From the NCBI RefSeq assembly GCF_009914755.1, contig NC_060941.1: DNA of 64,000 nt; one strand, written 5' to 3'. The position numbers and the translations under genes are program-made. The notes beneath the pieces are model-generated. The model had not been told where the DNA came from. It made no database searches and was given only the letters and a program-made list of their open reading frames with translations. Each line of letters opens with the position of its first letter. Within the stretch, counting starts at the first letter, position 1. Below, in pieces: positions 48,161-64,000 of this stretch. Origin of the DNA: the human T2T-CHM13v2.0 reference genome, Homo sapiens.

Positions 48161-48480
48161 CATATCACATTCAAAGCGGGCTGTTCGAGTCGGTGAATAG
48201 TTTGTGTTGAAACCTTTGCAAGAATGTCTTTCGAACTCCCGACGGCAAGTACTAAACTTCATTGTTAATTAAACACTTCCCCGTCTCTTTTCACATTTAT
48301 TGTCATCAGACAACTGAAACAGGCCAGTTCTGAATTTCTGTAATACAGTCGGGCAATCTTAGGATAAATGTAAGTTTTTAGGGGCCTGAAGAATCATGAC
48401 CACATAGTAAGGCAAAAATTCAAGAGTTACATCACGAAGGCAAGAAACTGGGGAAAGGCTTCCATTCACTAACTCAGCAT

Positions 48481-48591
48481 TGCCTGGAATATGATCTCAA
48501 CAGTGCCCCCCAAATTCTTCCCTACTCAGGATGTCCAATACTGCTCAGAAGTTCCCCAATTACTTAATAACATTCCTCTCATAAATTCAAT
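48481..48591 (+). repeat. Dispersed direct repeat, copy 1
   Basis: About 88% identical to 49442-49551 by manual alignment. Confidence 0.9.
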
Positions 48592-49441
48592 TTCTAAATT
48601 TTGGCTTCACAACAGTTTATTTATTCACTATATAAATATCCCCCAGAGAGATTTTTAAACTGTATCAAATTAGCAAAGGTTTTAAAGTGCTGACAAGCAT
48701 TTTTAAGACATCCTTATAAAATGCAAAGATGAGGGAGTACAATTTCCTCTGATTACATATTAGAGGCACATATTTAATAAGAAACCTTATGTTCACAATT
48801 GCAACTCATCGCTTAAGCAGAACAAATTTTCTAAAAGCTTGGAGTTTACTATCATTAGGAAACCCATACCAAGAAACGATGCTCTTTTTCAGCCAAGTTA
48901 CTATCACTTGGTGGAGGAAGATTTCCCCCTAAGGAAACGAGCTAAGAATATCAAGTTCCCGACTGGGCCCAGCAATTTGACTGATGGTGATTGCAATTTG
49001 CAATTGTTCAACTGTGTCCCGGAGAGATACGAGGCCTTTTTTTTTGTTGTTGTTGTTGTTGTTGTTGATATCAGAGAGTTTTGTTTGCTCTGCAACACTC
49101 TTCTCATGAAGTAAGCATCTGGTCTATGTGAGGTTAGCCCCTATTGTCATTAATTACACAGGCTTATTTCATTCCCATGACCCTGCCAAAATACAGATTT
49201 GGCACTTATTCTTTCCTGGCCAATCAACAGACTTATTTAAAGGAGACAAATATTTTGGCCAGGGTATTTTCTTTTTAAAGAGCAGGCAGGAGATTATAAC
49301 GTAGTGGTGGATTTTCATGGAAGTCTGTGAATTTCACATAAAGTATAAGAGCGTATTATAAATCTCATCCCTGTAAAGGAATATCCATTCACACAAGGCA
49401 TTCCAGTCCAAGCTCTACCAAGTGTTTTTGGTGTTGTTTAA

Positions 49442-49551
49442 TGCCCGGACTATGATCTCAATAGTGTCCCCAAACTGTTCCCTACTCAGGATGTCCAATA
49501 TTGCTCAGAAATTCCCCAACTACTTAGTAACTTTCCTCTCATAAATTCCAT
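49442..49551 (+). repeat. Dispersed direct repeat, copy 2
   Basis: About 88% identical to 48481-48591. Confidence 0.9.
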
Positions 49552-49594
49552 CATTGTCCCTGCCTTCTCGGTGTCTGCTCCCGCATGTGTGAGG

Positions 49595-49635
49595 GTGTGC
49601 GCGTGCGTACACACACACACACACACACACACACA
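49595..49635 (+). repeat. (CA)n microsatellite with a GTGTGCGCGTGCGT lead-in
   Basis: Read directly. Confidence 0.9.
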
Positions 49636-51104
49636 GAGGAACTAGGCTGATCAACTTGCACTTCTGGTTGTCTATTGGGGATGAGCCCAGAGTTCAGACA
49701 TTTAGCAAACTAGATGACAGTATTTTGGGTCCCCAGCCTGTGACCAGGTGGGGAATGTCTAGGTACTGAGAACTTCTATAGACAAGTACGCTAGACTCAG
49801 AGTCCAAAGTAACATCTCACTCTCTTCCTAGCCCTCATCTATTCCCAATGTTCTTTCCTCTGCTCTAAGGACAGAGCGCCCTTGGCCATCAGTCCACATG
49901 ACCTTGCATGGGCGGCCAGACTGCAGCTTCGTGGCTCGGATTTCATTTCAAACTCTTCACACAGAAGGGGCTTGCACAGTACAGGAGGGTGGGAAACTGC
50001 ACATGGAGGGACTTTGCAGCTGCTCCCAGCTGCTACGAAATGCCAATTTCTCCTCCTAGGAATCGAAAGGGCCTCTGCTCAGTATGCCTCTCTAATGGAC
50101 TTGAAAAACGGGGCCATGATCGATCGAGGCCAGAAAATTTCAAATTTGGATGAAGTCAGGGGAGCACTAGCTCCTAAACTGTGAGCTGGACAATCTTTGA
50201 TCTTCCTGTATGCTCTAGAATAAAATGATTCTAGTGATGTCCTTCTCTGCTGAAATTGTCCAGACTTGGCTAAAGAAAAGAAACTGAAATATAAGAAATA
50301 GACATGCTAGTGTAAGAGACTGGATAATAAATATTTCCTATCTTGTACCAAAATAATAGACTGAAATATTATTGAATCTAAACATTTATATACATACATA
50401 TGTATGTGTATGTGTACACACATATTTAACTACTTTATTAATAAGTATCTTTTAGCTTACAAGAAAAAAGAGACATACCTTTTAGTTGGTACAGACAGAA
50501 ACAAGCAGAAGAGAGCCTCCTTATTAAATTCTAAGCTCGCCTGCTCTTGAACTACAGTAGAGGTATTCGGTCCTGACTTCCAGCAAAGATCTCAATGTTT
50601 TGAAGCTAAGGAAACTTTTTCCTTTCCTTTATGAAGCCACCATACATACAAGAGAAATGGACACTATTCATTGCAAGGGACTGCTTTACCGTGACATGCA
50701 AGCCACAGACATTTGTTTTAGTGATATCATGTCTGCTAAATTAAGTAATGAGGAGTGTTTTTTTTTAAACTCCACCAGGGTCGAGTTTCTCAGCATATAA
50801 AAATTTGCCTTTGTTTTATTTATTTTAGAGAAAGTCTATTAGGACATTTAAATTAGTGAGAATAATTTTCTTTCTAGAGATTTTGAATAATAAATATTTT
50901 CTTTATCTTTACTACAAATGTGCTCAAATGAAGGAAGTGTTTATTACTTCACTCTTGGAAAAAACTTCATAAAGTATTTTATTTTCTTCCCAGTGAGAGT
51001 AATTGACTGAAAAAGTTCAGCAACAGGTATTTCTAACTGACAAACTCATTCTCCAAGACACTTTCTTCAAACTTGCTAATTGCAGCAGATTTGTCCCTTT
51101 GTGA

Positions 51105-51122
51105 GGACAGTAGGTGGCACTG
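51105..51122 (+). promoter_or_regulatory. Candidate CTCF site
   Basis: GGACAGTAGGTGGCACTG resembles the CTCF core. Confidence 0.55.
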
Positions 51123-53710
51123 CCACCACAAACTATCATGGCTAACTGAGTGATTTCACTGGGCAAAAAAAGGCTAGACCTTTTAGGATTCTCCCGTGTC
51201 AATGTACACCTAAAAATAATTATATAGGTTTTTCTCTTCCATAATTCACTGCTGGGTGCAAATATCTGGAATTTATTTCTGTTCGTGTGTGTGTCTGTGA
51301 TAGTGTGGTCATAAGTGTGTGGTACAAATCCTGTATTGCAAAGTTTGGGCTGACTCATGCAGGTCTAACTGAATCCCCTGTTCTAAACTATTAGCTAAAT
51401 ATAAGTAGCTAAAATGCACTTAATATTTAAGTGGCATTCTGGGTGGGAGATTTTTTTTTCATAGACGAGCCTTCAGTCTTGCTCACAAACATCAAACTCC
51501 AAGTTCAGAGCCAAGATGAAAGAGAACTGTGGGGAAATTTCATTAAATAATCACATAATCCAGGCTCCATAGGTTGGATTTTTTTAAAATAAGTTTCCTA
51601 TGTAATTGAGTTAAACGTAAATTTATGCATCCAATAAAAAACCACTGCAAATGGGAAAACAAAGACATTGCTCCAACACTTAGAAAATTAAATTCAGCAA
51701 ACCGTGAAGTCTACTGTGCAGTTATTTTTGTGACCACCATAAATTGCTTTACAAAACTCTTCTGCTGCAGTAAACAATCCAAGAAGAGATTTACTTTATA
51801 GCATGCATTCAGTTTCCAAAGGAAAGAGTGGCCTACAAGTTTATGACTCTTTTTTTTTCTTTCTTTCTTTTTTTTAAAAAACTACTTGTGTTTCTAGTTA
51901 CCTTGAAACCTTCCTCCCCTTACAGGAGCTCAGAAAGGTCCATGGAAAATAAGATCCAGGTCTGCAGATACACCGTGCCCTCAAATACTCATTTCTGGAA
52001 TAAGAAGAAACAATCCTACTTTGTGGAAATAAAGTTTATATGGCAAAAGGAAAATAAAGGGTTTTAGTACTAAATATTTCACCATATTTAATAGCACCTC
52101 AGAGCCCAACATAGTGTTAGATGTTTCAGACAGTCAGCTTGAAATGTGTTCGCTTACAGCACAGTACGAGGCCGAATTCAATGCAAACTGCTATAGATAA
52201 GAGTTTTAGGGGTCTTTAATCACTTCTTTCTCGTGTCCTTGATGGAAAAAACAGAGCTGCCTTTGTGCTAAAAAGAAGGACCTGTTGTTTCCAGATTCAA
52301 CAGGTCATTTTTATAAGAACTTCCCAGAGGATACAACATAAATGACAGAAACACAAGGGGATATTTTAAGTGGCTGATGATTTTAAATGATATATCATCT
52401 ATATTAAGGGAAGGTTGTTTGTTTTTTCTTTCCAACAAATGGAAAGTTACTGTTTTAAAAGTGTTTAATGTTCAAATTCTATTTTTAGGGCCAAATCTTT
52501 TCTCTCTGAGTGGATTGACTGTAAATTCGGCTCCTGAAATCAATCTGAGACTGCAATTGGCCCCTCAAGTAAATAAACTTGTCAAATCATATCCATTTCT
52601 GTGTTGGGGATGAATGATTAATTTAATGGGCTTTTTGAAAATACCTAAATTATGTTGTAATTTTTGTAACTGTTTCAGTTAAAATAACAAAGAGAATGCA
52701 TCTTTTATGAACAAGATAAACTTTATAAAATGGAAAATTCTAGCAACATAATTTTTACTGGTACTTTGAAGAAAGAAAAAAAAAGCCAATATATTATGGC
52801 AAACAAAATCCAGGCGACACTAGCTTTATTAGAATCTGGCTGATTTTATTATTAAAGGTGGTCTGAATTTGAAGAGACTGGCAAATTTAAGATTAAGATC
52901 TAAGCCAGACTTATTTCCTAAACTGTATTGGCAAAGTTGTGCCAATGTATTTTTCTCTCTGTTGTCTTCTTCTTTTAATTGGCTACCTTATTTGTAAAGA
53001 GGATTGAAGATCTTTAGAAAAGTTTCTGTCAGTCAAAAGACAAAAGTTACTTTTCCCTGCAAATATCAAAAGCACTTTACAAAACTCATTCCTTGCCCTC
53101 AAACAAAAGTTATTGCCAAGCGTCCTTTAAAATACAGTGCCTGGTTGCTTTCCCTTGCTCAGACAGACATATATTTTCCAAACTACCCAGATTCTCTGGT
53201 TCTTGACACTTTTACTAAGTCTCTATATTACTTCCCACCTAGGACAACTATCTGGCAAAAGGTCAAGGTAAATAAATACCTGATGGTAAAGACTGTGTTA
53301 ACCACAAAGAACTTTCCAAAAGATAAAGAATGAAAACGGGCTTCCTTGGGAAGGAGAAGGCAATCTATTAATTGTTGAACAGGTTTCTAATTTAGAAGAG
53401 ACTTTTTTTTTTTCCTTTAGTTAAATACATGAATACTTTCGCAGAGCAGGAGAAAGAGACCAGACTGGCTATTTGCTGGCAAGGGATTCCCAAGGATGAA
53501 AATTATGAAGGCCAGAATTTCCCTCCCACTCTCTCCTTCAACATCCACTTCCCAGGAAGGAGAAGGCGGAGAGGGAAGAAAGACCCTTGACGACCCTTCG
53601 CCTTCTGCATGAAGTGGGGAGGAGGGCGAACTGGGGGTCACCGAGGGCTCCTCCACGTCTTTCCCAGCCCAGGACCCCCGGATCCTTCAGCCCCAGCCCG
53701 GGCCCGCCCC

Positions 53711-55115
<1,405 letters not shown>

Positions 55116-55119
55116 GCCG

Positions 55120-55310
55120 CCACACGTGGGACGCCGAGGGCAGCAAACTTGCTGGTGACGTCAAAGGCCCGGGCCGGACCAGCCCCCGGACGAGCGCAGC
55201 GGGGCGCGGACCAGCGGCCAGGCGGGGCCAGACGGGCGGGGTGGGATGGAGAAAAGGTGGCGCGGGCTCCGCAGCAGCCGCCCAATGGCACTGGAGAGGG
55301 CGGGGGCGGC
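55120..55310 (-). promoter_or_regulatory. TATA-less proximal promoter: E-box CACGTG (55123-55128), CRE TGACGTCA (55156-55163), GC boxes (55221-55241, about 55298-55310), CCAAT (55282-55286)
   Basis: Motifs read directly and clustered within about 190 bp in the CpG island. Confidence 0.7.
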
Positions 55311-56015
55311 AGGGGCGACGCCCCTTCCCCAGTGTCCCCCATTCCTCCCCGCGGCTTCGCCCCCTTCCAGTGGATCCGGTGTCTGCGGCGGCTCCGGGGT
55401 TGCCTGAGTGACAGCTAAGGCCGGCCGGATCTCTGGGGGCCTGACTTCCACCCAAGACGCCACTAGCTTGGTGAGGGGCCCCAGAGCTCTCCACCGCAGC
55501 TCAGCCCTCCGCAGCCCTGACCCTCCCTCTCCAGGTTCCCCGCGCTCTGCTCCCCTCTTGGCACTGTTGCCCTATCCTTCCCCATCCCACTGCTTTCCAT
55601 CGCCTGGAACCTACTCCTCGTCCCCTTGGAAGTTTTGTTTGCAGCAGTTCCCAGTACTGCGCTGCACGCCACGCCCCCGTTTGTCTGGAGCAAACCGAAT
55701 TCCTCTGCAGCAGCTTGGACTTCTACCTACTCAACTGTCTGCTGCGGGTCTTGGAGCAAAGCTCTTTCTCGTATCAGTCTGTTTTTTGTTTGTTTGTTTT
55801 CTTTTCTTTTCTTATTTTGATTGTTTTCCCTTGGATTTGTATAAGATGATACAGTCCTCCAGGGCCTAGAAAGGAACAACCTCTTACGAAAAAAAAAAAA
55901 ACCAATGCATAAATCAAAGGCAAAATTAAAATTTAAAAAAAATTCAACTCCGATTCCAAGTCCCTATGCCCAATTTTTAATGTAGTGTGTATTTCCTTAA
56001 TGTTGTTTGTACTTT

Positions 56016-56016
56016 T

Positions 56017-56047
<31 letters not shown>

Positions 56048-56060
56048 CGCGCATGCACGC
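56016..56060 (+). repeat. (TG)12(CG)6 alternating purine-pyrimidine tract
   Basis: Read directly; 45 nt of uninterrupted alternation. Confidence 0.95.
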
Positions 56061-57087
56061 TCGCAAAGAGGTTAAATGTCCTTTCATAAACTGCGGTTTC
56101 CTCTTTCCCTTGCCTCCCCTGACCCTATATCCTCTTCGTGCGCTCCCCGGAGAGCAGGTCAGGAAGGGATACAAACCGCCTTGCTGTCTAATGGAGGGAG
56201 GTGGCCCGTGGAAGCTGCATGAGGTGGTTTTTTGTTCTAATCCTATTTGTTCCTTATTTTTTGGCTTCCTTGCCTCCACAGGTTGCCTCACCATGTGGGC
56301 GGTAGCTTGGGAGCTTCTTACCAGCCCCTGCAAGCTGTGGAGGCAGCTTTCTGGGACCTCTGCGGGTGCTAACAAGGGCCCACCGCAGGCTCAAGGTCCA
56401 CGGTGCAGGAAACTTACCAGGCATTTCTGCGTCCCCATGCAGGAACTTCGCAGCCTTTCTGTGCTCTATTTGACCACGGAAGTGGAAGTCAGCTTCCACT
56501 TTTTCAGCTTCCAAGGGGCACCTAGTGGTTCTAACTCTGGGCTTGCATGGATCCATGAATTTGTGCCCTGCTAGATAAATACTCACTGCTGGATATGGTT
56601 TATGGTTTTATGTTTATGAACTACCAATCCCAACTGATTCGACAACCAGTGAAGAGCTTTTTAGATTCTGATGCCGTAAAGCGCTGGGCGTTTACGAGGA
56701 TGGACAAGCCCTGCCAAGCTGTAATGTCCTTTTGTGTTCTAAAATTGGATATTGACAAACCAGTTGAGATCTAATGCTAACTTAAACTTTCCTGTGTTTT
56801 CACATTTTTTCCCTAAGTACTTCAGTCAGATTTGCAGAAGGAAGACAACAAAACAAAGACCATTTTTAAGTTGTTTTGAAGGCATGCAGTCCCGTGAATG
56901 CTTATAAACATGCCCCAGTTTCCTGGACTGGAAAATGATGGACTCGAAGTTCCCTTCTAGCTCCAACATGACATCATAGCATGTGTTTAGTCTTTCACTT
57001 TCTGAGCACAGGTCTTTCCTTTACGTGGGTATTAAAGATGCTCGATGTAGGAAACATGGTTCTCACCATCACTTGCATGACATGTAG

Positions 57088-57646
<559 letters not shown>

Positions 57647-57681
57647 AAATGGGGATGTTGTTTTGGTGGGAGGGGTGAATC

Positions 57682-57970
57682 TGTCAGGGTCTTAACAGGA
57701 ATCAGACAGCACATTCAAATTAGGATAATGCACGGAGGGTTTATTTACAAAAGATCTGTTTATAAAGGACTAGAAAAGACAACAACCCTAGGGTAGTAGC
57801 ACTGGCGCTGTCACTACCCTTATGTCTGAAAGAATGAGGGAAAGGAAGGGCTACCAAAACCAGGAGGGAAAAAGTCCATAGAAGAGGCCCTTGAGAGTGG
57901 CAGCAAGCTTTCGTGGTGACACACAGCCTGTCCAAGGCACCTCTTAGGAAAGGAATCAGGGAAAGAAATG
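57682..57970. mobile_element. Ancient ERVL-type LTR fragment (family not resolved)
   Basis: TGTCAGGGTCTTAACAGGAATCAGACAGCACATTCAAATTAGG resembles an LTR terminus. Confidence 0.35.
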
Positions 57971-58264
57971 TTCTTGATAAGACAATAGGGGATAGGTATG
58001 TGGCATTATGTTTAATCGTGACGAAAATCAAGAAGGGTGATTAAAGTCTCATCATAAAATTAGGTACAGTCACGCTACATAGCCTTTTAGAACATGTCTT
58101 CTTTCATCCACTTAGATGCTTACACTAGAATAGAAACAAGTTGGAGCTGTTGATTACTATGGTTCTTTAATGGGGAAATAAATGCCTACCAAAATACCAA
58201 AGAGCGCAATAGACTTTGTTGCACAGCTTCTTCTTGTTGTTCCCTTTCTCTTTGTTATTCCATG

Positions 58265-59165
<901 letters not shown>

Positions 59166-60113
59166 TCATGTTAAAGCATGCTTTCAAAACCCTTGAAAGC
59201 AATAAGGCTCTGCCTTGGAAAAAGCTCCAGGTTTATCTTGCTATCACAGAAGCTGGTCTTATGCTTGGTGGTGAAATGGGTGAGGTCTGTGTTCAGTGAC
59301 TTTCAGCTTCCCTCTCTGTACCCTTCTGGCTTCCTTACTGTGATGCCTACTCTTGCAATGCCACCCAGGGTCCTCTGAAGCCTCCCACCTTCAATCCCTT
59401 CCCAGACCTGGATCTTATAAACCTGTTATTCTACCGTACAAGCATTGCTTACCATCTCTCATGCCCTACCACAGAGGTTTAACATTGTAAAGTAAGTAAT
59501 ATTTTTAAAGAGGACTCACTCCCACTGACCCATATATTAATAGTTTATACTCATTTAGAAAACTTAATATACATTAATATATAACAAATAAAACAATTAC
59601 ATCCATATGCACATCCACCTCTTTCTCTTCCTCTCTGAGAGAGAGGTGGATGTAGATATATGAGAGAGATAGATTGACAGATTGATCAACAGACAGAAAT
59701 ACAGATGCTTTTTAGAAAAATACTAAAAGTTTCTAGTAGCGTGGAGAATGTGGAGATCACCCTTCGGCCACCTGTAATAATGCGCATAATTGATGTGCAT
59801 GAACTCATGGGTAGTCCTGCTCCAAGAATTTAGAGTGCTTCACCGAAGATTTTGTACCTCCCCTTTCCCCAAAGACCCACATATCTGAGAAACAACCCTT
59901 ACGGCTCTCCAGAGCCCTGCTCCTTTCCTATCTGTCTCTCAGTCACATCCCTGCCTCCATCGCCTGCCAGGCTACCACACACCAGCCAAACCAACACAGA
60001 AGCCAATGAGCTCAGGAGCCCATTGATGTGATCTATATCAAGGTCAGGATATAGATTAAGGGTAAAAGGCATTCAGAACAGAGTACGTCCCACAAGTGGG
60101 GAAACAGATTTAA

Positions 60114-60554
<441 letters not shown>

Positions 60555-60574
60555 GACCTGTTTCTTTCTGATTT

Positions 60575-60915
60575 GAGGCACATGGTGTTTCTACCTAGAA
60601 TGCACCGCTCCCCTACCCCAACCTGTCCTTCAGATATCAGCTCGAAACTCATCTTCAAGGATGTTTTCCTGGTGCATTTCTTGCCCCCCGGTTTGATGAG
60701 ATCTCCTGGTATGGATTCTCATAGTGCCCAGCACTGTTCCTTACAGACTGTATGAGAGTTTCTTGCTATATAGATGTGTGGTTGTGTCTATGCCTCCCCC
60801 TTAGACTACAAGCACACCAAGGGACCCTACATCGTTGCCCATTAGTATACCTAGAACATCTAGCTTATTACCTGTTTAAGGAGATGCCCAGTAAAGATGT
60901 GTTGAATGGACTCAT
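60575..60915 (+). mobile_element. L2 3' region
   Basis: CCTTCAGATATCAGCTC...TTAGACTACAAGC...AGTAAAGATGTGTTGAATG. Confidence 0.6.
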
Positions 60916-60966
60916 GCATCCAGAGGTGGGGCAGGGCCTGAGCACACTGCATAGAAAAGCCAAGAC

Positions 60967-61463
<497 letters not shown>

Positions 61464-61765
61464 TCACTTTGCATTTCTAGAAAGCTCTCCTACACAGTGT
61501 CGAGTCAGGGTAGCAGGATTCCAGTTGGGTGACCAGTTCCTATTAGAAGAGAGCAAAAATGACAATCAATTATTAGCTAGAAACTAGAGGGAGATTTCAT
61601 GGAGGTGGTAGATTTCGAACTGGGTCTTGAGAAACGTGGGGCAGGAGGGGACATTGAGTCACAAGGGATAAGCACCACCCAAGAGGCAGTCAATCAATAT
61701 TTGTTGAACAATTAACTATAACCAAATCTTCACTTATCCCTGTTTTAGTGTTAAGAAAGTGTTTG

Positions 61766-62090
<325 letters not shown>

Positions 62091-62478
62091 CTATCAGTGG
62101 AGGATAGTTAAATCTATTCTACAGGGTTTATGCAGTGTTTTTTTTTTAAAAAAAATCAGTCAATGTATGCTCACTGATAGGAAAAAAAGAAAGTGTTTCT
62201 ATCCATTAACTTAAGAAAGTTTCCTAGAAGCAGACGTTGGATTTCTGCAGCCTCTGGGGCTTGTCTTAGACTTCTGCATTATGTTGTAGTCTCTGTTTTC
62301 TGACCTACCCACTCCTCGTGTTTTCTGTAGGTTACGCCCAATTCCTGGGAACGAAGTTACCAAATGAGAAGTCATGTTCCTTTTATCATAACATTGTCAC
62401 CCAATATTTTCGCTTCCATCATTCTCGCTCTCAAAACTTGCATCAGGATTTTGCTGTCAGAAACCACCTTGAAGACCA

Positions 62479-62510
<32 letters not shown>

Positions 62511-62939
62511 GAAGTACTGAAATCAATAAATTAGTAAGGAACCTTGCAAAATTGTCCCTGTTCACCTGAAAAGGAATGCAGTGAACAAATACCAAACTTA
62601 GGGCCACAGTTAGGCTGTGAAGATTATACCCACCTTAACATATATTTTTTGTATTTTTATATTTTTTATGTTATGCTTTATTATTGACAAACGGAAACCA
62701 TTTGCTTCTCTGAACTTATTTTAATCACATTCCAGGATGTCATTCGCATGGCAGTCATTGCAGATTTGTAATTTATAATGCTAATGTTTTGTCAGATGGC
62801 AATAAAATGTTTTTGAAGAAGCAGTACTTGATCTAATTTGCACAGTGGTGTCAAGGGGACTCACACAGGTTCTAGCACTCTCCTGACAAAATTTGCCCCA
62901 GACATGTGCGAGTCCCGGGGAAGAGTGCTTTCTGCTATG

Positions 62940-63420
62940 TGTGTTGAGAGGCAGATGAGAGTTGGGGAGCGATGGAAGTGAATAGCTCTAATTTTTCTCT
63001 CCCCCTCTTCTAATAACAGCACCCAGATTTTCCTCAGGGCAGATACTCTTCCCTGGACTCATATCACAAAATCCTAATAAAGCCAGCCTCACCCTCTGGC
63101 TTTAGTTGTCTAAGCAGCCCAGCTTCCTGTCCAGAGGGTTTGGTTTAAAAGATGCAAGTAAATCGAGTCAGGCTCAGAGGTTCAACTCTAGGACTTTGCT
63201 GCAACTACTGAAAAAGAAGTGCTCTTCTCCCTGGGCTGCTGGACTGGCAGGGTGTAAACCTGAGCTGCTGGTTATCATGTTTTCCTCTCTGATTGAATCA
63301 ACACAGGAATGCGGAGGCAAGTAAGGGAGAGAGAGATTCCAGGAAACTTAATCTGAGGCCCTGGATTCATCTCTACCCTGGAGCTTGTAGTTACATGCGC
63401 TGATAAATTCTGTTGTTGCT
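62940..63420 (+). mobile_element. Ancient MaLR LTR (MLT1K/L-like)
   Basis: CTTCTAATAACAGCACCCAGATTTTC...CTAGGACTTTGCTG...AGTTACATGCGCTGATAAATTC. Confidence 0.5.
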
Positions 63421-63496
63421 GTTGTCATTTTCAAGATACATTGGGATGTTAGAATACCAGGTCTCTCTCGATTTCAACAGATGTGGTTTTCTCCTT

Positions 63497-63811
<315 letters not shown>

Positions 63812-63863
63812 TAACCTACAAAATTCCTTGCCTGCCTGACCAGACATTTTCACCGGTGATTTC

Positions 63864-64000
63864 TTTTTTTCCTTTTTTTTGAGACGGAGTCTTGCTCTGT
63901 CACCCAGGCAGGAGTGCAGTGACACGGTCCTGGCTCACTGCAAGCTCTGCCTCCTGGGTTCACACCATTCTCCTGCCTCAGCCTCTCAAGTAGCTGGGAC
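63864..64000 (-). mobile_element. Alu right arm (AluY-like), cut by the window end
   Basis: CAAGCTCTGCCTCC...CACCATTCTCCTG. Confidence 0.88.

Noticed and set aside
55987-56574. 195-aa plus-strand ORF as a divergent gene
   Set aside because: GTG start, runs through the (TG)(CG) microsatellite, no recognisable domain

Overview
Primate (almost certainly human) genomic DNA containing the 5' end of HS3ST3A1 (heparan sulfate glucosamine 3-O-sulfotransferase 3A1; 17p12 from recalled annotation) on the minus strand. Coding exon 1 (53717-54315, 599 nt, ending at a GTGAGC donor) lies in a CpG island with a CRE/E-box/GC-box/CCAAT promoter. Positions 1-53716 are intron 1 and about 55.7-64 kb is upstream sequence. 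The rest is mostly transposon-derived: about 32 Alus plus a FAM, a solo LTR12 and a solo THE1 with intact target-site duplications (TSDs), a near full-length Tigger1, MER2/5A/21/33/58, MLT1/MLT2 LTRs and L1/L2/MIR relics. All other ORFs in the track look repeat-derived or spurious. I see no new multi-gene system. The best lead is in the 5' leader: two uORFs chained to the main start by a twice-repeated CTAG-N-ATGGCC stop/start junction. Other leads are an in-frame stop inside the splice donor, same-orientation CTCF motifs, a Z-DNA tract upstream of the promoter, an unexplained 111-bp duplication and inverted Alus only 20 bp apart. Repeat family calls come from recalled consensus sequences, not a database search, and boundaries of old repeats are approximate.
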